Shown: positions 18,004 through 26,423, numbered from the stretch's first letter. The stretch: DNA of 27,219 nt from Rhodanobacteraceae bacterium (GCA_036503375.1 DASXWZ010000076.1:1-27219), one strand, 5' to 3'. The notes: generated by a model from the sequence alone, not told the origin. Numbers and translations are program-made.

Positions 18004-18144
18004 ATGGAACGATTTCGACGGGCCTTTCGCAATTACGGGGATCCGGGCAGGCAGCAAGGCAAGATCGGATACGTGATCGCGTGGTTGCTAGGTGTGCCGA
18101 TCCCCATCCTGATCATCGTGGCCTTGCTGCGCGGATGCTCTTGA
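18004..18144 (+). CDS. Small single-TM membrane protein (46 aa)
   Basis: Ends GKIGYVIAWLLGVPIPILIIVALLRGCS, a recognisable small-protein motif; it lies directly upstream of a membrane-protein gene. Start uncertain. Confidence 0.6.
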   Translation: MERFRRAFRNYGDPGRQQGKIGYVIAWLLGVPIPILIIVALLRGCS

Positions 18145-18170
18145 GTTTTGAACATCGAGGAGACGAGGCC

Positions 18171-18737
18171 ATGGCGATTCTGGAAGATGCGGCGGTAACA
18201 CGGGAACACCCGGTGATGCGCTGGGGCGCGGTCTGGGCGGGGTGGCTGCTCGCGACCGGCATCGCGGCACTGCTGTATGCGTTCGGACTTGCCGTCGGAT
18301 TCTCCGCATTAGATCCGCACGATCCAGCCACCGTGGCGCGCGGCGTGTCCGGCGGAGCGATCGCGTGGATGATCCTGACCTGGGCGGCATCGCTATGGCT
18401 GGGCGCGATGTTCGCCAGCTGGTTCGATGGCCGCAACGACAGCGAGATGGGCGTGATTCGCGGACTCGCGGTGTGGGGCCTGTCGCTCACCGCCACGACA
18501 CTGCTGATCGCGAGCGGCATGACCCATCTCACTTTTGCCGGCGTGGCTCCCACCGACACGTTGCCCACAGTGGATGCCGACACCGTCGCGCAATACAGCG
18601 CGCGCATCATGTGGACGGCATTCGGTTGCGCGCTCGCCTCGCTGATCACCGCCGCGTTCGGCGGCTGGCTCGGCGCGCAGCACGTCGATCGGGTCTACCA
18701 CCTGCGCACCTACACAAGGCACGGCGCGACGCGCTGA
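18171..18737 (+). CDS. Hypothetical multi-pass membrane protein (188 aa)
   Basis: Strong RBS GAGGAG...ATG 18171. About four hydrophobic segments: MRWGAVWAG..., G..RGLAVWGLS, SLITAAFGGWLGA. Confidence 0.75.
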   Translation: MAILEDAAVTREHPVMRWGAVWAGWLLATGIAALLYAFGLAVGFSALDPHDPATVARGVSGGAIAWMILTWAASLWLGAMFASWFDGRNDSEMGVIRGLAVWGLSLTATTLLIASGMTHLTFAGVAPTDTLPTVDADTVAQYSARIMWTAFGCALASLITAAFGGWLGAQHVDRVYHLRTYTRHGATR

Positions 18738-18763
18738 ATCCCCGGGTCTCGCATGGCGCGGCC

Positions 18764-19621
18764 ATGTCGGCACCGCTGCGCGTCACGAGCTGGAACATCG
18801 AGAACCTTGCGCCGTATCTCGGCGAGGACGCCGATCCGCCGCTGCGATCATTGCTGAAATCTCTGCATTCTCCAGATGTGCTGTGCCTGCAGGAAATCCG
18901 CATCCGTCCCCGGGACGCGGCGCTGATCGAGGGGATGCAGCGCACGCTGCCGGGCTATCGCTGCCACTGGTCCTTGAACCACGATGCGCGCAATGCGTCG
19001 TATCGCGGCGGTCGCGCTTATGGCGTCGCGACGTGGACACGCAACGAACTCGACGCGCGGGCATACGTGCCGGAGTGGGACCGCGAAGGCAGGGTGGTAA
19101 TGACCCTGTTGCCGGAACTGCGCTGGCTGGTCGTCAACGTGTACGCGGTCAACGGCACCACGAAACCGTACTGGGACCACGAGCGCAATCGTCAAGTCGG
19201 CGACCGCCATGCATTCAAGCGGCGCTTCATCGAAATACTCGGCGATGAAATCGCAACCCTGCAAAAGCACGACTTGCAGCTGATCCTGATCGGCGACTGG
19301 AATGTCTCGCGCACCAGGCTCGACACCTTTCCGCGCCTGCGCACCGAGGCGCCGCATGCGCTCGCGCGGAAGGAATTCAACGAGGGCTTCATGCCGCGGC
19401 TGAAAGTGGTGGATGCCTTCCGCGAGTTGCACCCGGATGCGCGTCGGTACACCTGGTTCAATCGGCGCGCGCGCGGCGGCCGCCTCGACGCGGCGCGCGT
19501 GGATTTCGCGCTCGTCTCCGAATCATTGCTCAATCGGGTCACCGCTGCCGAAACCGCCGAACCCGGACAACTGCCGTCGAAAAGCGATCACGTGCCGCTG
19601 TGGATTTCGCTGCGGCGTTAG
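18764..19621 (+). CDS. Exonuclease III/AP-endonuclease (EEP superfamily) protein
   Basis: SWNI, DVLCLQE, YGVA, EGRV, NVYA.NG, GDWNV, DAFRELHP...YTW, R.DFALVS and SDHVP; the catalytic set is intact. Confidence 0.9.
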   Translation: MSAPLRVTSWNIENLAPYLGEDADPPLRSLLKSLHSPDVLCLQEIRIRPRDAALIEGMQRTLPGYRCHWSLNHDARNASYRGGRAYGVATWTRNELDARAYVPEWDREGRVVMTLLPELRWLVVNVYAVNGTTKPYWDHERNRQVGDRHAFKRRFIEILGDEIATLQKHDLQLILIGDWNVSRTRLDTFPRLRTEAPHALARKEFNEGFMPRLKVVDAFRELHPDARRYTWFNRRARGGRLDAARVDFALVSESLLNRVTAAETAEPGQLPSKSDHVPLWISLRR

Positions 19622-19778
19622 TCGTCCACGAGCTTAGAGCCGGAGGCACGCGGCAGCTCGCGTCGCGGTTGCGCCGTCGTTCGAACTTCCGAGTGCCGAG
19701 GTCGCACGTGTTTTTCACGCAGGCACGACCAGGGGTTCACGATAGTGCGAATCCCGTGATCAACAAGGAGGTCGCCTC

Positions 19779-20612
19779 ATGCATCGTCGTCGTTTTCGTC
19801 GCGCGCTCGCCATGATCGCCGTTGCCGCCGCCGTCGTCGCGGCCAGTTTCACCGTATCCGCACAGCAATCGCCCGCGCTGGATCGCGTGAGCGTCTGGCT
19901 GGGCGGTTACTACTCGAGCAACAAAACGACCGTATCAGGGCAGGGAACCGGAACCTATGCAGGCATCCAGGGCACGCTGGATTTCGAGAACGACCTAGGC
20001 CTCAAGGACCACAGTGCCGATCCGCGCGCGCGCCTGGATTTCCTGATCGGCGACAGCCAGGGCTTCTCCTTCGACTACTATCAGATCCATCGGAATGTCA
20101 GTGGCGACTACGCGGCGGCGATTCCGGAACTGGGCACCGACGTCGGCGCGCACATCGACAGCAATATCGATTACGACTTCGGCTCGGCCTCCTACAAATG
20201 GTGGTTCGGGCACGCCAGCGATGTCTTCGGCATCGGGCTCGGCGCCGCGTATTACAACGTCGATTTCCGCGTGAACGGCACCGCGCAGGCGGGCGATGAC
20301 AGCACCGACTTTTCCGACAGCTACGACGAAAGCGCCTGGGCGCCGATGCTCACGCTCGGCTGGCGCCATGCTTTCGACGAGCACTGGCGCATGTACATCG
20401 ATGCTTCGGGCGTGAAGAAGAACGGCGGTGATCTCAGCGGTCACATCTGGAACGCGGCGCTCGGCGTGGAGTGGTTCCCCTGGCAGAACGTCGGCTTCGC
20501 GCTGGAGTACGCGGCTTCGCGGCTGCACCTCGACAAGAATTTCGACGAAGGCAACGCGAAACTGGATTTGAATTCCGACGGGCCCGCGTTCTACCTGCGC
20601 GCCCGGTTCTAG
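19779..20612 (+). CDS. Outer-membrane beta-barrel protein of unknown function
   Basis: Signal peptide ending VSA-QQ, alternating aromatic beta-strand pattern, C-terminal YLRARF (BAM signature Phe), RBS AAGGAGG. Confidence 0.8.
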   Translation: MHRRRFRRALAMIAVAAAVVAASFTVSAQQSPALDRVSVWLGGYYSSNKTTVSGQGTGTYAGIQGTLDFENDLGLKDHSADPRARLDFLIGDSQGFSFDYYQIHRNVSGDYAAAIPELGTDVGAHIDSNIDYDFGSASYKWWFGHASDVFGIGLGAAYYNVDFRVNGTAQAGDDSTDFSDSYDESAWAPMLTLGWRHAFDEHWRMYIDASGVKKNGGDLSGHIWNAALGVEWFPWQNVGFALEYAASRLHLDKNFDEGNAKLDLNSDGPAFYLRARF

Positions 20613-20719
20613 CATCGGCTCGCGGCGTGCAGTGAACCTTCTTCTCCGGAAGAGGCAGAGGCAAGGTTCGGGCTTCGCCGACGCGTTAAACTGCGCGTCG
20701 GATTCCGACGAGTGTCCCC

Positions 20720-22033
20720 ATGAACACGGCCTCTCCCGCGGTGCCGACATCCGCGCGCGCCCCGCTTTTCGCCAATCGCGATTTCAACCTGCTGTTCGGA
20801 GGCAGTTCGATCTCCGCATTCGGCGATCAGTTCACGCTGGTGGCACTGCCGTGGCTGGTGCTGAAGCTCACGGGCAACCCAGCCGCGCTCGGTCTCGTGC
20901 TGGCGGTGATGGCGTTTCCGCGTGCGGCTTTCATGCTGGTCGGCGGCGCGATCGTGGATCGCATGTCGCCGCGGCGCGTGCTGCTCGGGGGACGCGCCGT
21001 CAACGCCGCGTGCATCGTGATCCTCGCCGCGCTGGTGCTCACCTCCAGCATCCAGATGTGGATGGTCTATCTGCTGGCGCTCGGCATCGGGTTGTCGACC
21101 GCCTTCGTGTATCCGGCCGGTTCGGCGATCCTGCCGCAACTGGTGCAACCGCAGCAGTTGCGCCAGGCGAATGCATTGTTCATGGGCATGCGCCAGCTCA
21201 GCATGATCGGCGGTCCGGTGCTCGCCGGTTTCGTGATCGCCCTTGGCGCGCATCATCAACCCTCCACGCAGGCGTTGCCGGACGCGCGCGGCCTGGGCGA
21301 GGCTTTCGCGATCGATGCGGCGAGCTTCGTGTTTTCCCTGGTGTCGCTGGCCATGATCCGCATCCATGGCGATTTCCATCCGCCGAAAACCGACGCCGGC
21401 GTGTTCGCCAGCATCGCGGCCGGCGTGCGCTACGTGTGGGCGGACGTGCCGCTGCGCGCGTTCATGATCTATGCGAGCTTCGTGTCGGTGTTCGTGGGCG
21501 GCCCGATCCAGGTCGGCCTGCCGGTGCTGGCGGACACGCGCATGAACCTCGGCGCGGCTTCGCTCGGAATCCTGATGACCGCGCAGGGCATCGGCATGTT
21601 CGCCGGCAGTTTTCTTTCGGGCGTCGGACAGCGTGCGATGCGCGGGCGCCTCGGCTTGATGGTGCTGGCCATCGACAGCCTGATCGGCTTGACGCTCGTC
21701 GCGCTGACGCAGGTGCACACCACGTATACCGGTGCCGCGCTGCTGTTCTGCACCGGCCTGCTCGGTGGCATCGTGCAGATCGCGATCTTCGTCTGGATCC
21801 AGCAGCGCGTCTCGCCACAGATGATGGGACGCGCCATGAGCATCCTGATGTTCACCTTCATGGGACTCGGCCCGCTGTCGGCGGCGATCGCCGGTGCGCT
21901 GCTGAAGATGATTTCGCTCACCGCGCTGTTCGGCATAGCGGGCTGCACGCTCACTGCAATCGCGCTGTGTTGCCTCGCAAGTCCCCAGATGCGCAGCATC
22001 CGCGTGATGCAGCCGGACGCGGCGAAAGCTTGA
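20720..22033 (+). CDS. MFS transporter (DHA3/Mef-like export type)
   Basis: About 12 TM segments; FGDQFTLVALPWLVL.LTG and motif A GGAIVDRMSPRRVL. Confidence 0.92.
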   Translation: MNTASPAVPTSARAPLFANRDFNLLFGGSSISAFGDQFTLVALPWLVLKLTGNPAALGLVLAVMAFPRAAFMLVGGAIVDRMSPRRVLLGGRAVNAACIVILAALVLTSSIQMWMVYLLALGIGLSTAFVYPAGSAILPQLVQPQQLRQANALFMGMRQLSMIGGPVLAGFVIALGAHHQPSTQALPDARGLGEAFAIDAASFVFSLVSLAMIRIHGDFHPPKTDAGVFASIAAGVRYVWADVPLRAFMIYASFVSVFVGGPIQVGLPVLADTRMNLGAASLGILMTAQGIGMFAGSFLSGVGQRAMRGRLGLMVLAIDSLIGLTLVALTQVHTTYTGAALLFCTGLLGGIVQIAIFVWIQQRVSPQMMGRAMSILMFTFMGLGPLSAAIAGALLKMISLTALFGIAGCTLTAIALCCLASPQMRSIRVMQPDAAKA

Positions 22034-22148
22034 AGACGTGGGTCGGGTTGGCCGCGCAGCGGCGTAGTCCGCCGGCGCACAACGGCAGGTACGCGCCCAG
22101 CCGCGCTGACCGCCCTGTTTGGCTTGATGACATCGCCGCGAGGATTCC

Positions 22149-23828
22149 ATGCACCCGGTAATACGCCTGGCTTTGACTACTGCACTTGCTTTGCCGGCGT
22201 TCCACGTTCGCGCGGCGACCCCGCCCACCTACGACATCGTCATCCGCAATGGACAGGTGATCGACGGCACCGGCTCGCCCGCGCGTTCGGCCGATATCGC
22301 GATCGAGAACGGCCGCATCGCCACAATCGGCAAGCTCGACCACGCTGATGCGAAGCAAGTGATCGACGCGCACGGCATGGTGGTTGCGCCGGGTTTCATC
22401 GACATGCTGGATCAATCGGGTGACACCCTGCTGGTGGATGGCCACGCGCAATCGAAAATCTTCCAGGGGATCACCACGCTGATCACCGGCGAAGGCGAGT
22501 CGGTGGCCCCGCTCAATGACAAGATCCTCGCGGAAGAGAAGCCGCACACACCGCCGATGTGGCGAACGCTGGGCGAATACTTCGCGAACCTGCAAAAGCA
22601 AGGCATCGCGGTGAACTTCGGCACCTACGTCGGTGCGGCCACCGCGCGCGAAATGGTGATCGGCTATGGCGACCGCGGGCCCACTGCCGAAGAGCTGAAG
22701 CAGATGCAGGCAATCGTCGCGGACGCGATGCGCGAGGGCGCGTTCGGCGTATCGACGGCGCTGCAATATCCGCCGGCCACCTACAGCACCACGCCGGAAT
22801 TGATCGCGCTGGCGAAGACGGCGGCGAGCTTCGGGGGCATCTACGCCACCCACATGCGCAGCGAAGGCGACGGCGAAATGGCCGCGCTGGACGAGGTCTT
22901 CGACATCGGGCGCACCGCGCGCATTCCGGTGGAAATCTTCCACCTCAAGGTCGCCGGCCACGAGAACTGGGGTGACATGCCCAAGGTGATCGCGAAGATC
23001 GATGCGGCGCGCGCGCGGGGTCTCGACATCGGCGCCGATACCTACGCCTACACTGCCTGGGGCAACGATCTCGCCTCGTTCATTCCGCCCTGGGCGCACG
23101 CCGGCGGCAATGCGCAGTTGCTCGCGCGGCTGAAGGACCCGCAAACACGCGCGCGCATCGAAAGGGACATGCAAACGCCGTCGAGCGCATGGAGCAACGA
23201 TTGGCTGGAAGTGCCCGGACCGCACGCGGTGGAAATCACCTCCGTGCACAACCCGGCGCTCAAGTCATTCGAAGGCAAACGCCTCGACGATGTCGCCAGG
23301 GAGTGGCACGAGAAGCCGATCGATGCCTTGCTCGATCTATTGATCAAGGATGACGCCGCGACCGACGTCGCCGTGTTCGGCATGTCGCAATCGGACGTCA
23401 CGCTGGCGTTGAAACAACCCTGGGTCTCCATATGCGACGATGCCGCCGCGCAGGCGCCGGTCGGCAAGCTCGGCCAGGGCCATCCGCACCCGCGCGCCTA
23501 CGCAGCGTTTGCGCGGATCATCACGAAGTACGTGCGCGCGGATCACGCGTTGACCTTGCCGGACGCCATCCGCAAGATGACATCGCTGCCTGCGCAGCGC
23601 CTGGGCCTCAAACAGCGCGGCATGATCAAGCCCGGCATGTTTGCCGATATCGTCGTCTTCGATCCGGCCAGGCTGCGTGCGCCCGCGACCTTCGAGCAAC
23701 CCAAGCAACTCGCGCGGGGCATGTCGTACGTGCTGGTCAACGGCGTGCCGGTGATCGCCCACGGCAAGATGACTCAAGCCCTGCCTGGCAAGGTGCTGCG
23801 CGGGCCCGGACACCGCCACCGCGGGTAG
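22149..23828 (+). CDS. Exported N-acyl-D-amino-acid deacylase-like amidohydrolase
   Basis: Signal peptide, YDIVIRNGQVIDGTG, VVAPGFID, THMRSE, EIFHLK, HPRAYAAFAR, IRKMTSLPA.RLGL..RG.IKPG.FADIVVFDP; RBS GAGGA. Confidence 0.9.
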   Translation: MHPVIRLALTTALALPAFHVRAATPPTYDIVIRNGQVIDGTGSPARSADIAIENGRIATIGKLDHADAKQVIDAHGMVVAPGFIDMLDQSGDTLLVDGHAQSKIFQGITTLITGEGESVAPLNDKILAEEKPHTPPMWRTLGEYFANLQKQGIAVNFGTYVGAATAREMVIGYGDRGPTAEELKQMQAIVADAMREGAFGVSTALQYPPATYSTTPELIALAKTAASFGGIYATHMRSEGDGEMAALDEVFDIGRTARIPVEIFHLKVAGHENWGDMPKVIAKIDAARARGLDIGADTYAYTAWGNDLASFIPPWAHAGGNAQLLARLKDPQTRARIERDMQTPSSAWSNDWLEVPGPHAVEITSVHNPALKSFEGKRLDDVAREWHEKPIDALLDLLIKDDAATDVAVFGMSQSDVTLALKQPWVSICDDAAAQAPVGKLGQGHPHPRAYAAFARIITKYVRADHALTLPDAIRKMTSLPAQRLGLKQRGMIKPGMFADIVVFDPARLRAPATFEQPKQLARGMSYVLVNGVPVIAHGKMTQALPGKVLRGPGHRHRG

Positions 23829-24076
23829 CCCGCCTCGGCTGCCGGCACCGCCGATTCAACAAGAATCTTTGCAACGACGCACAAGCAACTGCGTTGCCGA
23901 CGGCAGGCCGGTTTTTCGCGCCAATCTCCTCACGCTGGCGCAACACTGCCCTTGATAGGCTCGCCGCGTGTTGTTACCGCTTCCCGAAACGCCCCCATCA
24001 TGAACGTGATGGCCTGATTTCCTCAAGGATGAAATTGCGGGCAAGGAAGCCCCTCGGGGAAAACTTACAGAATCCG

Positions 24077-24100
24077 CACCGGCACCGGCACCGGCACCGG
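24077..24100. repeat. Perfect hexamer tandem repeat (CACCGG)x4
   Basis: Read directly; intergenic, about 105 bp upstream of ATG 24206. Confidence 0.9.
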
Positions 24101-24205
24101 CGGGGCGAGCGCCGATCCCGCGTTCGTTCGCGCAGCGGTGGATGACGCCCGGGAGAATCTTTCTGCTACATCACTCCACACCGCGAGATGCGACGGGAGA
24201 AGCAT

Positions 24206-24730
24206 ATGGACAGGGAATTGGCCAGGCTGCAAGCATTGCTCAATACAATAGATGACGCACGCATGTGCCAGCGCCGCGTGGCGCGCGACGTGGCGCACTC
24301 CCATGTCAGGAGCGTGCTGGAACATGCCGGGCGGGTCCACCTTGAAATTGGCGCCGACTTGGCCGATTACCTCGTCAGGGCCGGCCGCCGACCGTCGCGA
24401 CGCGGCAGCGTGGCCGGGAGTTTGCGCGCCATGCAGGCGAAATGGAGAGCGCACGTCAGCTCCGATATCGAACTGTTTTTCGTGATGCAGGCGGCCAAAT
24501 GCGAGACGCGGGTACTGCGCAGGCTTCGCGGCGTGCTGGCCAATATCGGCGACGGCGAATTGCGGGCCCACTTGCGCGATCATCAACGCGAGATCGAACA
24601 CGTCTATCTGAAAGTCAGCCAGTTCGGATTCCTGATGCAGATGCAGACCGCCCCATCGGGCAAGCGTGCATTCGCGCGTCATCGTGTCGCCGTGCACACG
24701 CCGGAACCGCAGCCCACGCGCGCAGGTTGA
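24206..24730 (+). CDS. Divergent PA2169/DUF2383-like ferritin-fold four-helix protein
   Basis: G..P...GS.AG.L...W pattern (AGRRPSRRGSVAGSLRAMQAKW), and E..LR.HL..HQ.EI in the last helix; RBS GGGAGA before ATG 24206. Confidence 0.55.
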   Translation: MDRELARLQALLNTIDDARMCQRRVARDVAHSHVRSVLEHAGRVHLEIGADLADYLVRAGRRPSRRGSVAGSLRAMQAKWRAHVSSDIELFFVMQAAKCETRVLRRLRGVLANIGDGELRAHLRDHQREIEHVYLKVSQFGFLMQMQTAPSGKRAFARHRVAVHTPEPQPTRAG

Positions 24731-24754
24731 AGCGATCCGGGGCGGCCCGCAGCA

Positions 24755-26290
24755 CTAGGTGCCAGCCGGCGCCCCGAACCATTGGGTGAGCGCGTCGGCC
24801 AGTCCGGCGCCCGATCCGTCGCCCACCCAAGCGACATGGCCATCCGGCCGCACCAGCACGGCGGTGGGTGCATCGACGCCCCCGATTACCGGCAGCTCCC
24901 ACGCGCCGCAATATTCCGTATCGACCGTGCGAACACGATCCGCCCACTGCATTGCGATGCCGTCGAGCGCGCCGCGCTCGCCGAAGTTGATCAGCAGCGG
25001 CCGCGCGTCGTGCAGCAGTTCGAACACCCGCGTCGGCTTGTCCGTGGTCACCACTTCCAGATCGGGCATCCGCCTTCCGAGCAGCGGGTGTCCTTCACCG
25101 AAATCGTAACGGATGCCCAGGCCGGACATCATCGCCGCGACTTTCTTGCGGGACTCGTCGCATGCGAGCAGTTTGGCCACGATCTCGCGCAACGCGGCGG
25201 TGCGATCGTCCGTGCGGAGCAGCGCGGTCTGCGCCATCGTGTTGCGCAGTACGCGCGCGCCGACCGGGTGGCGTTCGGCATGATAGGTGTCGAGCAGGAT
25301 TTCGGGCGACGTGCGCTTCACCACTTGGGCCAGTTTCCAACCCAGGTTCACCGCGTCCTGCACGCCGGTGTTGAGGCCCTGTCCGCCGACCGGCGAATGC
25401 ACGTGCGCCGCGTCGCCCGCCAGCAACACGCGCCGTTCGCGGTAGCTCGCTGCCTGCCGCGCCATGTCGGTGAAGCGCGAAATCCAGGTCGGATTATGGG
25501 CGCCGTAATCGGTGCCGCACACGGCGATCAGCGCTTCGCCGAAGTCGCGCAGCGTGGGCTCGCCTGTTCCGACATTCTTCTCGGGCACCATCACGCGTAC
25601 AGGCCCGCCCTCCTTCCAGATGATCTCGCCATCGCGGATTTCGTAATCCCGCTTGCCGAAGGCATGCGTGCCGAACGCCGTGCGGTGGACGCCCAGCGGC
25701 GGCTGATCAGTCATCTCGACCTCGGCAATCAGGTTGCTCGTGGTCGCATCCGATCCGGGGAATGCGACACCGGCCGACTTGCGGACCGTGCTGCGTCCGC
25801 CATCGCAACCGACGAGGTATTGCGCGCGCAGCGAACCGTCGGAGAGTTCGACGTCCACGCCGCTGTCGTCCTGCGCGAAGCCCGTCACCTCGCGTCCGCG
25901 AAGGAACGTCGCGCCCAGCTAGCCGACCCAGCCGGCGAGGATGCGCTCGATGTGGTTCTGCCACAGCCCGAGCGTGTAGGGATGCCGGGAGGGAAAGTCG
26001 CTGATGTCCAGCTTGACCGAGGCGAACCCGAGGGCCTGGGCAATCTGTCCCTCCGCGAGGAAGCGTCCGGCGATGCCGCGCTGGTCGAGCACTTCGATCG
26101 TGCGCGCATGCAGGCCGCCCGCGCGCGAGCCGACCAGTTCCTGACTTTCGCGCCGCTCGACGATGGCGACGTCCACGCCCGCCAGTTTCAATTCCGCCGC
26201 GAGCATCAATCCGGTCGGACCTCCGCCGGCGATCACCACGTCATGGCCGCGTATCGCGGAAGAATAGTTTTTTGCTGAAGACAAGCCCAT
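24755..26290 (-). pseudogene. Rox (rifamycin monooxygenase)-like / PheA-TfdB group A flavin monooxygenase interrupted by one in-frame TAG at codon 124
   Basis: RBS GGAGG before ATG 26290. GGGPTG, GLHARTIEVLDQRG, YLVGCDGGRSTVRK, LLAGDAAHVH.P.GGQGLN.GVQDA.NLGWKLA and LVRPDGHVAWVG. The two track ORFs share a frame and are separated only by TAG at 25921-25919 (...WVG*LGATFLRGREV...). Confidence 0.88.
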
Positions 26291-26348
26291 TCGCACCTCC
26301 AATCGCCGGTGTCCCGAAGTCCGGGCGGGCGATTGGACGGCACGACCC

Positions 26349-26367
26349 GGGGCTTGCCGCAAGCCCC
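26349..26367. promoter_or_regulatory. 19-bp palindrome resembling the rifamycin-associated element (RAE)
   Basis: GGGGCTTGC-C-GCAAGCCCC is a perfect inverted repeat (21 bp with the flanking C/G), about 60 bp upstream of the Rox-like start codon. Confidence 0.7.
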
Positions 26368-26389
26368 GTCCCTGCTAGGATATTGATAG

Positions 26390-26423
26390 TGGCGAGGAGA
26401 GCATTTCTCCTCGCCAATTTTTT
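26390..26423 (+). terminator. Intrinsic terminator-like hairpin
   Basis: TGGCGAGGAGA-GCATT-TCTCCTCGCCA (11-bp perfect stem) followed by ATTTTTT on the plus strand. Confidence 0.75.

Noticed and set aside
19683-19706. GAACTT...GTCGCA as a sigmaE promoter for the OMP gene
   Set aside because: The spacer is only 12-13 nt, too short for the usual 16-17 nt.
20678-20701. CCGACGCG-TTAAACTG-CGCGTCGG inverted repeat upstream of the MFS gene
   Set aside because: It is a real 8-bp repeat around a possible -10, but there is no local regulator gene and short GC-rich repeats arise easily, so support is too weak for an operator call.
24036-24047. TTGCGGGCAAGG as a second RAE-like site
   Set aside because: It has an extra central base, lacks the GGGGC/GCCCC arms and has no resistance-like gene downstream.
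25919-25921. Programmed amber readthrough (pyrrolysine-type recoding)
   Set aside because: No pyl genes or suppressor tRNA are present in the window, and a single-base nonsense change or sequencing error is far simpler.
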